From positions 3,534,001 through 3,598,000 of the forward strand of contig JANJGN010000036.1 of the NCBI GenBank assembly GCA_026770705.1: a stretch of DNA of 64,000 nt, given 5' to 3'. A model generated the notes under the pieces. That model was not told the origin of the DNA, did not search any database, and saw only the letters and a list, made by a program, of their open reading frames with translations. The position numbers and the translations under genes are program-made. This stretch comes from Isurus oxyrinchus (Eukaryota). This document shows, one piece after another, positions 1 through 12,049 of the stretch. The stretch's first letter is position 1. Every line of letters begins with the position of its first letter.

Positions 1-177
1 GCGGACAAGTGAGGACAGCAAAACTGCTCTTGCAGAGAGTCGACAGTAGCTCGAAGGGCTGAATGGCCTCCTCCTGCTGTAACCGTTTTGTGATACACAC
101 ACATATTATGTTTTCATTCCCAAATAAGCTTTAATCCTTCCTCCATTGTAGGTTCCAGCACTTACACGTCACATGTG

Positions 178-680
178 GGGAAAGGGATCTCCCTCCTCTT
201 TAAGGATGGAGCAGGGACCCCCCTCTATTTTAAAGATGGAGAAGGGATCTCCCTCCATTTAAAAGAGGGATAAGGGATTTCCCTCCATTATAAAGATGCA
301 GAAGGAATCTCCCTCCGTTTTAGAGGTGGAGAAGGGATCACCCTCCATTTTAAAGGTGGAAAAGCGATCTACCTTCATTCTAAATATGGAGAAGGAATCC
401 CCTCCATTTTAAAGGGGGATGAGGGATCCCCTCAATTTTATAGAGGGTGAAAGTGTCTCCCTTCATTTTAAAGATGGAGAAGGGATCTCCTTCCATTTCT
501 GGATGGAGGAGGGATCTCCCTCCATTTTTAGGATGGAGGAGGGATCTCCCTCCATTTTAAAGATAGAGAAGGGATTCCCCCTCCATTTTAAAGAGGGAAA
601 GGGGATTCCCTCTACATTTTAAAGAGGGTGAGGGGATCTCCCTCCATTTTAAAGATGGGAATTGATCTCCTCCCATTTCC
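178..680. repeat. 30-bp minisatellite, ~16-17 units, consensus GGAGAAGGGATCTCCCTCCATTTTAAAGAT
   Basis: The GGGATCTCCC core recurs every 30 bp (units near 181, 211, 241 ... 661). ORF 419..622 is a translation of the repeat. Confidence 0.95.
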
Positions 681-699
681 TATCTTGCTCTGCTTCCCT

Positions 700-1310
700 A
701 TCTCTTTCTCTCTCTCTCCCTATTTTCTTTGCACACACACAGTCGCAATCACACAGATGCATTCTCACACGCACACACCTTCTCTCTCTTACAGACACCA
801 ATTCCCTCTTTTTCTCTCTAACACACACACCAACACCTTCACCCAGACACACAGTCACACACATACACACACACTCTCTCTCACTCACACACACGCACTC
901 ACACAGCCACATTCTTCCTCACACGCACACAGATTCTCTTACAGACACCAATTCTCTCTTTCTCACACTATCACTCTCTCTCTCTCACACACACGGTCAC
1001 ACACATACACACACACACATTCTCTCTCTCTCCCACACAGACACACACAAACACCTTCACACATGCACACACAGTCTCACACACACATTCTCTCTCTCTC
1101 TCATTCACACACACACATAGACACACACACTCTCTCTCTCTCCCTCTCTCATACACACACTCTCACACACATGAGCACCTTCACGCACACACACAATCTC
1201 ACACAAATATTCTCTCTCTCACTCCTCCACACACATTCTCCTTTCTCTCACACACACAGTCACACTCACACAAATATATTTTCTCTCTCTCACACACAAA
1301 CACAAACAAA
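700..1310. repeat. Compound (CA)n/(CT)n low-complexity tract
   Basis: Visible dinucleotide repeats that generate the H/T/S/L-rich spurious ORFs. Confidence 0.95.
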
Positions 1311-2124
1311 GGAGAGATGGCAGCTAACCACTGAATTGAAGGTGTGAGTCGTGTTCACAATGTGTTCAAATCTGGAAAACAGGGCTGACCCTGAAAGCAC
1401 AAAGTTATCAATAGCTGCATTGGGCTGCTGTGAATTAAAATACTGTTTTCTCTAAGACTGAATGTGTTATAAAAGAAAATGTCCTGGATGGAGTGATTCA
1501 CTACCGTCTGCTACTGCATACAGCATTTGGCCATTTTAAGTTGGTTCGTGGTGGCAATTTTTACACCAAATTCCTGTTTCATCACAGCAAGACTTCCTTA
1601 ATATTGTAGACCAATTGATGGGACAGTGTAGATGGAGCTTGACCCTCTGTATAACCCTGTGTTGTTCTTCTACATTATCAATATTATAACATCTTCTTGT
1701 AACATTAAGTTTCCCTGAGTACTGAGTGTAACAACATTTGCAGCAGGCCAAAATATATTATTCCTGGTGTTTCTATTATCTGAATCCAGCTGTCAATTCT
1801 CTCCTAATGTTGCTAATTTTGCCCTGACAGGCAGGGGAATAGAGTTCAGCCTCTCAGTGATTTTCCAGATTTAACAATTAAAGATTTTAAATGGGGGTTT
1901 TATGGGGGAATGTTGCAGTGATGAGGGGTGAACCTACCAAATCTAGAGCCCCTTTGATGTCAAGGAGCATACAGGACAGGAGAAGGCAACATAGGAACGT
2001 TTATATCAGATACTGAGAGCTCAAACACACAGGCAAAAACAGACACAAAGCAACACTCACACACACGCACTCACACAAACAGACACACACACTCACTCAC
2101 TCACTCTCACTCACACACACAGAC

Positions 2125-2312
2125 NNNNNNNNNNNNNNNNNNNNNNNNNNNNNNNNNNNNNNNNNNNNNNNNNNNNNNNNNNNNNNNNNNNNNNNNNNNN
2201 NNNNNNNNNNNNNNNNNNNNNNNNNNNNNNNNNNNNNNNNNNNNNNNNNNNNNNNNNNNNNNNNNNNNNNNNNNNNNNNNNNNNNNNNNNNNNNNNNNNN
2301 NNNNNNNNNNNN
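2125..2312. other. Assembly gap (other gaps: 3459-3647, 7881-8076, 30364-30531, 44684-44822)
   Basis: Runs of N, mostly next to micro- or minisatellites. Confidence 0.99.
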
Positions 2313-2409
2313 GCAGCCAACCATTAGGAAGGCGAATGGACTGAGTGACTTTATTGTTAAAGAATTGGAAAACATGAGCAAGGAAAAGTTTGATGTGGAC
2401 TACTTATAG

Positions 2410-2895
2410 GGAGCTTCACTCTGCAGGTACCCCATTCTCTACATGCCCTGGGATTGTTAGATGGGGACAATATAGAGGGAGATTTACTCTTTATCTAACC
2501 CCATGCTGTACAAGTCCTGGGAGTGTTTGATTGGGACAGTGTAGAGGGAGCTTTACTCTGTATATAACCCCATGCTGTACCAGTCCTGGGAATGTTTGAC
2601 GGGGACAGTATAGAGGGAGATTTACTCTTTATCTAACCCCATGCTGTACCAGTCCTGGGAGTGTTTGATCAGGACAGTGTAGAGGGAGATTTACTCTGTA
2701 TCTAACCTCATGCTCTACCAGTCCTGGCAGTGTTTGATGGGGACAGTGTAGTGGGAGCCATACTCTGTATATAACCCCATGCTGTACCGGTCCTGGGAAT
2801 GTTTGATGGGGACAGTATAGAGGGAAATTTACTCTTTATCTAACCCCATGCTGTACCCGTCCTGGGAGTGTTTGATTGGGACAGTGTAGAGGGAA
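2410..2895. repeat. 69-bp tandem satellite (CTGTATCTAACCCCGTGCTGTACCTGTCCTGGGAGTGTTTGATGGGGACAGTGTAGAGGGAGCTTTACT)
   Basis: About 7 tandem units with a 69-bp period. Confidence 0.93.
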
Positions 2896-2960
2896 AACTC
2901 CTACACGCAAAGGGTTGTGGAAGTTTGGAAAAGTCCTAACCAATTATAATTGATGCTCAG

Positions 2961-3360
2961 CTTAGAAGAATGAGGGGGAATCTGATTGAAACTTACAGAA
3001 TACAGAGAGGCCTGGATAAAGTGGACGTGGGGAAGATGTTTCCATTAGTGGGAGAGAATAGGACTCGAGGGCACAACCTCAGAGTAAAGGGAAGACCTTT
3101 TAGAACAGAGATGAGGAGAAACTTCTTTAGCCAGAGAGTGGTGAATCTATGGAATTCATTGTCACAGAAGGCTGTGGAGGCCAGGTCATTGAGTCTATTT
3201 AAGACCAAGATCGATGGGTTCTGGATTGGTGAGGGGATCACAGGTTACGGGGAGAAAGCGGGAGAATGGGGTTGAGAAAATTATCAGCCATGATTGAATG
3301 GCGGAGCAGTCTCGATGGGCCAAATGGCCTAATTTCTGCTCCTATGTCTTATGGCTTATA
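2961..3360 (+). mobile_element. 5'-truncated CR1-clade LINE 3' end (relatively young insertion)
   Basis: ORF 2970..3275 (RGNLIETYRI...TRGHNLRV...FFSQRVVNLWNSL) is the CR1 ORF2 C-terminus, followed by the tail AATGGCCTAATTTCTGCTCCTATGTCTTATGG. The paralogous site near 30220 lacks the insert. Confidence 0.88.
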
Positions 3361-4327
3361 AGTCATTTTTTCATTTCAAATCTACAATAAACCTGATCTG
3401 ATGCCTTTCATAAATCCAAATATTCCTCTATTCCTCTCTGTCCCTTGCTCAGTTTGTGNNNNNNNNNNNNNNNNNNNNNNNNNNNNNNNNNNNNNNNNNN
3501 NNNNNNNNNNNNNNNNNNNNNNNNNNNNNNNNNNNNNNNNNNNNNNNNNNNNNNNNNNNNNNNNNNNNNNNNNNNNNNNNNNNNNNNNNNNNNNNNNNNN
3601 NNNNNNNNNNNNNNNNNNNNNNNNNNNNNNNNNNNNNNNNNNNNNNNGTGAGCGTGTGTCTGTGCACCTCTTTCTGTCTGTATCTGTTTCAATGTGTTTC
3701 TGCCTGTGCGTGTTTGCCTGTGTGTGTGTGTGTGTGTGTGTGTGTGCCTGTGTGTGTGTGTTTGTGTATGTCTTTCTGTCTGCATATGTTTCAGTGTGTA
3801 TGCGTGTCTGTTTATGTGTGTGTGTGTATGTCTGCGTGTGTGTGTGTCCCTTTTCCTCTCTCCGACACACTGGAAGCCTTCACATACATCATTTGGCCAT
3901 TTTACGTTTATTCATGGTGGTCATTTTCAAACTAAAATTCTGTTTTATCACAGCAAATCTTCCTTAATATTGTACACAAATTGATGGAACATTGTAAAGG
4001 GAGCCTGCCCCTCTGTATAACCCTGTAGTGTACCTGTTTTGCAGGTGTCTGTTGGAAAGTGAAGAGGAAGCTTTACTCTGTTTATTACATGTGCTGCATC
4101 TATCGTGAGTGTGTCTGATGGGGACAGTGCAAAGAGAGATTTACTCTGTCTCTAACCCTGTGCTGTATCTGCCCTGGGAATGTTTGATGGGTCAGTACAG
4201 AGGTTTGCTTTACTCTGTGTCTAACCCCGTGTTGTGCATTTCCTGGGAGTGTTTGAAGGGACAATGTAGACAGAGATTTTCTCTATTATTAACCCCTTGC
4301 TGCACCATCTCTGGGGGTATTTGATGG

Positions 4328-4720
4328 CAACATTCTCACCCAACACGAAAGCATTCCACCAAGCAGGACTCACAAATTGAAAATGAGTTTCCTTGTTTGA
4401 TTCTCCTGGGTCTGTTCTGATTCTCTGATAGATTCCTGGTGCTTATCCTCCACATGAGCAGTTGTCCTAATCCCGTGTACCTGTCCTGCTCCCAAACACA
4501 GCATCCGACTCCAATAAGGCAAGTGATACAGGAGCGTCTCAGTGAGTGAGACAGGTTTGTCTTGAGGCTGACCTGGTTGTATGTGAGTGACCCAGGTTAA
4601 TCCGACACTCCAGGGACAGTTTAGACAGTTTGAGTGCAATGCAGCTTTGCCAGAATGAGACCTGGATTCCCAGGGGTAAATAACAAAGTGAGATTGCACA
4701 AACTCGGGTTGTATTCCCTG
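4328..4720. repeat. Dispersed ~400-bp duplicated module, copy 1 (other copies 8769-9160, 31810-32200, 55128-55390)
   Basis: Near-identical sequence beginning CAACATTCTCACC. All four copies give the same minus-strand ORF (…AHVEDKHQESIRESEQTQENQTRKL…). Confidence 0.9.
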
Positions 4721-5099
4721 AAATTTAGCAGCATCAGTGGTGATTTGATCAAGTTGTCACAGTATGAGCCCTTTTCCTGTGCAACAAGCTTTCATCAGAC
4801 ACCTTATGGATTCATTCTTGAAAATCCAAGTATCCTTCGGTCACCAGCTCTCTGTCTCTCGCTCACCCTCTCGGGCTGTATCTCTCTCACCGTCCCTCTG
4901 TCTGATGTTTAAAATTTTAAACTTCTTCATAGCTGCATTCACACAATACAGACAACAATGTGTGGTAGATGTTGGAAACGCTGCAAATGTTGACAAACTC
5001 AACACGCAGGGAAATATCTTAAAGATGGAAAAGGGATCTCACTTCATTTTAATGATTGGGAAGGGATCTCACTTCATTTTAAAGATTGAAGGTGCTTCT

Positions 5100-5900
5100 T
5101 ATTCCATTCCGTCCCCTCTCCCTCTCTCTCTTTCTCCCTCTCTCACTATATTGTTTACCTTCTCTAGACGCACTTTCCTGACTCTCTCTCTCACCACACA
5201 CACCTCTTTTTGTTCTCTCACCCCTTCTCTCCCTCTCTCTCTCATGCCATCCTTCTTCTCTCTTTCCGCTGCCTGTGTCTTTCTCTCTCTCTCTCTCATT
5301 CGAACTCATTATCTCTCTATTGCCCTGCCTCTGTCTTTCTCTCTCTCTCTCTATTTCTCTCTCTTGCCCTGTCTCTGTGTCTCTCTCTTTCCCTTTTGCC
5401 CAATCTTTCTCTCTCATCCTAACTCTTTTTCTCTCTTGCATGTCTCTCTGTCTCTCCCTACCTCTTGCCCCTTCCCCCTCTCTCACCCCTGCTCCGTCTC
5501 TCTCTCTCACCCTGTCTCATTCCTTAACTCTATCTCCCGCCCCAACTCTCTGCCTCTCTCACCCCTTAGTTCTGTGTCTCTCTCCCTCAGCTCACTTCTT
5601 TAGCTATCAATCGTTCCCCTCTCTCTGTCTCTCTCTCAATCTACATCTCTTCTTCCTTCACATAATCACCTCTCTTTATCTCTCTCCTTCACCCTGCCTC
5701 TTTGTCTCCCTTTCCCACTCATCCCGTCTCTCCGTCTCTCTCTCTCACCACATCTCTTCTTCCTTCACAGAATCACCTCTCTTTATCTCTCTTCTTCACC
5801 CTGTCTCTTTGTCTCCGTTTCCCACTCACCCCGTCTCTCTGTCTCCCTTTCCCTCTCACTCCATCTCTATGTCTTTCTCTCTCTTTCTCTTTCCCTGTCC
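5100..5900. repeat. CT-rich low-complexity tract preceded by 2-3 units of the 30-bp minisatellite (5020-5100)
   Basis: Pyrimidine-rich (CT)n-like sequence. Confidence 0.9.
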
Positions 5901-6254
5901 CTTTTTGATCCAAAATTGGACATGAAGCTGACGGGAAAACATTTTCAGGGTGACGGAGAAAGGGCAGAGGGGTGCATTGTACCGTATGTGTGACTGTGTC
6001 TCTGTTAATATGTATGTGTGAATGTCAGTGTGTGTCTGTTTATGTACGTCTGCATGTGCCTCCGTGTCTGCCTCTGTATGTGGGTGTGTGTGTGTCTGTC
6101 TGTTTGTTTGTGCCTGTCTGTGTGTGTGTCAGTCTGTCTGTGTCTTTCATGTCTTCTGAAGTATCTCTCACTCTCCTGACAATTCCTGCCCTGCCTGGTG
6201 AAGACATGTAAAGAACTCAAATTAAACACAACCTCATTTCTCCCCATCAACTCT

Positions 6255-6990
6255 GTACTCTGTAGCTAACCCCGTGCTGTACCTGTCTTGGGTGTGTTTG
6301 ATGGGGACAGTGTAGAGGGAGCTTTACTCTGTATCTAACCCCGTGATATACCTGTCCTGGGAGTGTTTGATGGGGACAGTGTAGAGGGAGCTTTACTCTG
6401 TATCTAACCTCGTGCTGTACCTGTCCTGGGAGTGTTTGATGGGGACAGTGTAGAGGGGGCTTTACTCTGTATCTAACCCCGTGCTGTAACTGTCCTGGGA
6501 GTGTTTGATGGGGACAGTGTAGAGGGAAATTTACTTTGTATCTAACCCTGTGCTGAACACGCCCTGGGAGGGTTGGATGGGGAATTCAGAGGGCTATTTA
6601 AGCTGCTTCTAACCCTTTGCTGCACCTGCCCTGAGAGTGTTTCATTTGTACAGGGTAGTGGCGATTTACCTGTATGTAATCCCATGCTGTAATAGCCCCG
6701 GGAATCTTTAAGGGGACAGTGTAGATGGAGATTCATTTTGTATCTAGTGCTGTGCTGCACATGCCCTGTGAGTGTTTTATCCAGAGTGGTTCACTCTGTA
6801 TCTAACTCCGTGCTGTAGCTGTCCTGAGAGTGTTGGATGGGGACAGTTTAGAAGGAGCTTTACACTGTATCTCACCCTGTACTGTACCTGTCCTGGGACA
6901 GTTTCACAGGATAGTTTGGACAGACAGAGCTTTCCTGTATATTGAAACTCTGCTTTCCCTGTCCTGGGAATTTAGATGGGACAGTGGAAA
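6255..6990. repeat. 69-bp satellite array
   Basis: GTATCTAACC at 6331, 6400 and 6469; the array degenerates to the right. Confidence 0.93.
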
Positions 6991-7049
6991 TAGAGAGGCC
7001 TGGGATATCTTCATGTGGAGGAGATAATGTCTCATATTTGAATAATGAT

Positions 7050-7440
7050 TGAAGGGGCAGTAGCAGAATATATGTGACATAGGCTCAGAGACAGATCACA
7101 GTGTAGTCAATAACGGTTGTTTCAGATTGGAGGGACGTACAGAGTCATATTCCCCAGTGGATCATATTAGGGGCCCTGCTTTTTCTGTTATATAAGAATA
7201 AACTGGACCTGAGTTCAGAGGGCATCACTTCGCAGTTTGCAGATGTCTCCCAAAGTGACAATGTAGTGAACAGGAAAAAGAATAGTAGCAGACTTCAGGA
7301 GAATATGGTCAGTCTGGTGCAATGGACAGACAGGATAATTTCAATAAGGTGATATGTGTCGTGATACATTTTGAATATTAGACTGAAGAGGGTCAATATG
7401 AATTAAATTGTCTGATGTTAAAGTGGGTGCATAGAACAGA
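7050..7440 (+). mobile_element. Degenerate CR1 reverse-transcriptase fragment
   Basis: Remnants of the PQGSxLGP (CCCCAGTGGATCATATTAGGGGCC) and FAD (TTTGCAGAT) coding motifs. Confidence 0.65.
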
Positions 7441-7694
7441 GAAAGCTGCAGTTTCATTTCTGTGTTGCTTTCTATCTCTTTCTATCTCAATTTTGGGCTG
7501 TAGGCCTGAAAATTTCATCCTGAAAGCTGTTAGCAATTGCATTCGGGAAATTTGTCAAAAACATTTTTCCTTCAGAATTCCTGCATTGTGGAAATGTGAG
7601 TTATCTTTGTAGAAAGGGAAGATGGGGGGTTTGAATGGATATGCCGGTTTTTGGTTGATTTAACAGCAAATTCAATGATGTCCCTTTGAGATAA

Positions 7695-7825
7695 AAACAA
7701 AGAAAACTGCGGATGCTGGAAATCCAAAACAAAAACAGAACTACCCGGAAAAACTCAGCAGGTCCGGCAGCATCGGCGGAGAAGCCGGACCTGCTGAGTT
7801 TTTCCGGGTAGTTCTGTTTTTGTTT
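7695..7825. mobile_element. Short fold-back (inverted) Penelope-like insertion, copy A
   Basis: Perfect inverted arms of ~43 bp. 16-bp direct repeat TGTCCCTTTGAGATAA at 7679-7694 and 7826-7841. Paralogous sites near 11190 and 28800 are empty. Confidence 0.75.
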
Positions 7826-8149
7826 TGTCCCTTTGAGATAAGCTGGTTACAGTAAGTGCCCCAAGACAATTAAAAGCTTCNNNNNNNNNNNNNNNNNNNN
7901 NNNNNNNNNNNNNNNNNNNNNNNNNNNNNNNNNNNNNNNNNNNNNNNNNNNNNNNNNNNNNNNNNNNNNNNNNNNNNNNNNNNNNNNNNNNNNNNNNNNN
8001 NNNNNNNNNNNNNNNNNNNNNNNNNNNNNNNNNNNNNNNNNNNNNNNNNNNNNNNNNNNNNNNNNNNNNNNNNNNNTAGGAAGGCAAATGGATTGAGTGT
8101 CTTTATTGCCAAAGAATTAGAGTACATGAGCAAGGAAATGTTTCATGTG

Positions 8150-8770
8150 GACAATTAGAGTTAGCTTTGCTCTGTATCTAACTCTGTGCTTCTCCTGCCC
8201 TGAGAATGTTTGATGGGAACATTTTACAGGGAGTTTTACCCTGAATCTAACCCCGTGCTGTACCTGTCCTAGGAGTGTTTGATGGGGACAGTGTAGAGGG
8301 AGCTTTACTCTGTATCTAACCCCATGCTGTACCTATCCTGGGAGTGTTTGATGGGGGACAGTGTAGAAGGAGCTTTACTCTGTATCTAACCCCGTGCTGT
8401 ACCTGTCCTGGGAGTGTTGGATGGGGACAGTGTAGAGGGACATTTACTCTGTATCTAAACCCATGCTGTACCTGTCCTGGGAGTGATTGATGGGCACAGT
8501 GTAGAGGGAGCTTTACCCTGTATCTAACCCTGTGCTGTACCTGTCCTGGGAGCGTTTGATGGGGACTGTGTTGAAGGAGCTTTTCTCTGTATCTCACCCC
8601 ATGCTATACCTGACTTGGGTATGCTTGATGACGACTGTGTAGAGGGATATCTACTCTGTATCTAACCCCGTACTGTACCTGTCCTAGGAGTGTTTGATGG
8701 GGACAGCGTAGAGGGATCGTAACTCTGAATCTAACCCTGTACTGTACCTGTCCTGAGAGTGCTTGATTGC
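8150..8770. repeat. 69-bp satellite array
   Basis: About 9 tandem units. Confidence 0.93.
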
Positions 8771-10509
8771 AACATTCTTACCCAGCACAAAAACATTCCA
8801 CAAAACAGGGCTCACAAATTGAACATGAGTTTCCTTGTTTGATTCTCCCTGGTCTGTTCTGATTTGCTGATAGATTCCAGGTGCTTATCCTCCACATGAG
8901 CAGTCATCCTAATCCCGTGTACCTGTCCTTCTCCCAAACATGGCATCCGACTCCAATAAGGCAAGTGATACAGGAACATCTCAGTGAGTGAGTCAGCTGA
9001 GTCATAAGCCTGACCTGGGTATATGTGAGTGACCTGGGTTAATCCGACACTCCAGGGACTGTTTAGACAGTTTGAGTGCATTGCAGCTTTGCCAGAATGA
9101 GGCCTGGATTCCAAGGTTTAAATGGTAAAGTGAGATTGCACAATCTCGGGTTGTATTCCCTGAAATTTAGTAGCATCAGGGGTGAGTTAATCAAGTTGTC
9201 AAATCCTGAGAGGAATGAGGGGGGAGATTAGGGGAATGTATGAGCTCTTGTCCTGAGTAACAAGCGTTGTGGAGCATCTTATCGAATCCCTTTTAATCAG
9301 ACAAGTATCCTTCTGTCACTTGCTCTCTGTCTCTCTCTCACCACCTCCATCTGTATCTCTCTCACTGTCTCTTTGCCTGTTATTCTTGTGACTAAAACTT
9401 TAAACCTCTGTACTGCTGGATCCACAGATTGCCAACAGCAATGTATATGATATTTTATAAATGCTGCAAATCTTGTTATCTCAGTGTACAGGGCACCTAA
9501 ATGTTGCAATGTTATCCTGCTAATTTTCATCCCACTGAGTCAAAATTTCTGCGATTCTGTGACTGAGTCAGAACTTCAAATAGTTCAGTTTCACTGTTTA
9601 AAATATGCAGTCACTTTTCTGTGGTAGTTTTAGAGATTGAGTTTGGAGCTCAGAATCTGTCGGTGGAATTGAGCTTCTGCCGTCATTTTCAGGCATTCCT
9701 GTATTTTGGAAATGTGTGTGATCCATTCAGAGATAGGAAATGGGATTGATGAATAAAGTTGCAGCCTTTTTGTTCATTGCATTAGATTGTGTCTGTTGCA
9801 GTTTCACAGGAGTTTACATTTTCATGGGAAAAGAATGATTAACCAATGCCTAGAATTCAATTTCCTCAGACAACTGAAAATGCAAAAGAAAGAGAGAATA
9901 TACAAACCCTGAAACAGACAGGCAACTGTATGAGGAATGTTATAATTCTCTGCATGTTTTAATGTCCTGAGCTCACGATTGAAATAAACAAGTGTTTAAA
10001 TCTCACACTGTGATGCTGTGTAATTTGAGTTCTGTTTCGCCTAAAATTTGAAATCACAATCAATAATTAAAAATTCCTTGCACAGAGCAGAGGGAATTTG
10101 ACTTGGTATCGAACCCATACTGTAAATGGGTTGGGAGTGTTTGATGAACAGTGTAGTCAAAACTTCACTCTGAAACATTGGAATTTAGGTTAAGGGGTGA
10201 TTTGATCAAATGCTTCAAGATAATAATGGAAATGGAGAGAGTCATTAAAGACCAACTATTTCTGCTGCTTGCAGAGTCTAGCACGAAACAACATTGGATT
10301 GCAGACTATGTTTCGAATTTTAGAGCTTTTGGAGTGAAATTCAGAAACACTTTGCCACACCAGATGGCATTCTTCTGCAAACGGCAATTGATGCAAAGTA
10401 CCTGTTAATGTTAAAATGTGAGGTTGATAGATTTTTGTTAGCCAAAGGTGTAATGAGATATAGATTTAGATCAGAGATCAGCCATGATCTCATTGAATGT
10501 CAGAAACAG

Positions 10510-10860
10510 GGGACAGTGTAGCGGGAGATTTACTCTGCATCTAACCTGTGCTGTACATGTCTTGGGAATGTTTGATGGTGACAGTGTAGATGGAGCTTTA
10601 CTCTGCATCTAACCCCATGCTGCACCTGTCCTCGGAGTGTTAGATGGAGATAGTGTAGACGGTTCTTTACTCTCTATCTAAACCTGTGCTGTACCTGTCC
10701 TGGGAGTGTTTGATGGGGACAGGGTAGATGGAGCTTTACTCTGTATCTAAACCTGTGCTGTACCTGTCATGTGAGTGTTTGTTGGACGCAGTGTCAATTG
10801 AGCTTTAGTCTGGATCTAACCCCGTGCTGCACCTGTCCTGGGATTGTTTGATGGGGACAA
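10510..10860. repeat. 69-bp satellite array
   Basis: About 5 tandem units. Confidence 0.9.
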
Positions 10861-12049
10861 TTTATTAACATCTTTAATTCCAATCTTACTCCGCGCTGTC
10901 CAATAATGGATGCAGAAAGAGAGAAATCTGTGGTTTCATTTCTGTGTCACTTTCTGTATCTTGAAGCTTCCATTTGGAGCTGAAATTCTGTCAGTTGATG
11001 AATGTTGTCCTGGAAATTTCACCCTGAATAATGTGAGCCTTAGTATTGTGGAAACATGTGAAGAAAGTTGTTTGCATTCACACAGTCCTACATTGTGAAA
11101 GGTGAGTTATCTTTGAAGCAATAGGACGTCGGTCCAGGTAGTCTATGTACAAACAGGTTTTGGTTGATTAAAGAGCGAATTTTAATGATGTCCTTTCCAG
11201 GAGCCGTTTACTGTAAATGCCCCGAGACAATGAAATGCTTCAGAGCTGTTTATAGGAAATGTCTTGAGAGAATGAAATGGGTCCTCAATATCTGATTCAC
11301 TATCCAAGTCTGAAGAGACATGATGGGGCCAGAGATATTGTAAGATACAGATCATGAGATGCCAGAGAATCACAGAATTGAAGTTGTGGGGCCCTCTCCA
11401 GTTCAGAATGTCAGTTTTGATGTTTTAATCTGTGAACCTGGGCGATTGATTCAGAAAGCAGAAGGTTCCAATCCCACACTTTGCTGTTGTGAATTTCAAT
11501 TCTGAATTTTTTAAAATTGAACCTGGAATTAATAACCTCTGGGATGGAATGATTCTCATTCTGTCTGCTGCTGCAAAGCCCGTGTGTGTGTCTCAGTGTC
11601 TCTGTTTTTATTAACGATTTAAGATAATGGGGTAGAATGCCACAAGTTTGCTAATAGGCACAAAAAGCAGCAGCATTGTCAACATTGTAGCTGGAAGCTT
11701 CAAATTCCATATGAATGCCTTAAATGAAATAGTGAAATAGTGAAAGATGGATTTCATTGTAGGCAAATGTGTGGCCACTCACTTAAAAAAAGATGGAACA
11801 GCTTACATTATAAATGGTGAAAATCTGCAAACAGTGAGGGTCCAAAGAGACTTTGGAGTCCCTGTCCATTTGTGTCAAGACTAAATATTTCCAATGAGAA
11901 ATTAAATTTGATCTTTGAGATAAAACTGTTTTAGCAACTCACACGGCACATTACATGAATCAGCCTCTGTAACCTGCACTTCAGCACATCACAAGAAAAA
12001 TGATATTTTCAAGTGTTAATGATTTCAACCAATCATTCAATGTAAAAAT

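Noticed and set aside
178-680. CRISPR-like array (30-bp semi-palindromic repeats)
   Set aside because: The units are head-to-tail with no unique spacers, there are no cas genes, and the context is vertebrate.
628-6250. Long ORFs rich in H/T/S/L/C/V/R/E or X (also at 24875-25400, 30268-30650, 34126-34659, 49469-49886, 52326-53296 and 58235-58780)
   Set aside because: These are translations of microsatellites, minisatellites or N gaps.
7695-7825. MITE or pre-miRNA interpretation of the hairpins
   Set aside because: The arms are unequal and truncated at different points in each copy, the flanking repeats vary in length, and one copy has a single arm. This fits retro-insertion with inversion better than a fixed-TIR DNA element.
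8495-8533. Perfect RSS heptamer CACAGTG in a 69-bp satellite unit (other units carry GACAGTG)
   Set aside because: There is no nonamer at 12 or 23 bp, and the consensus unit lacks the essential CAC.
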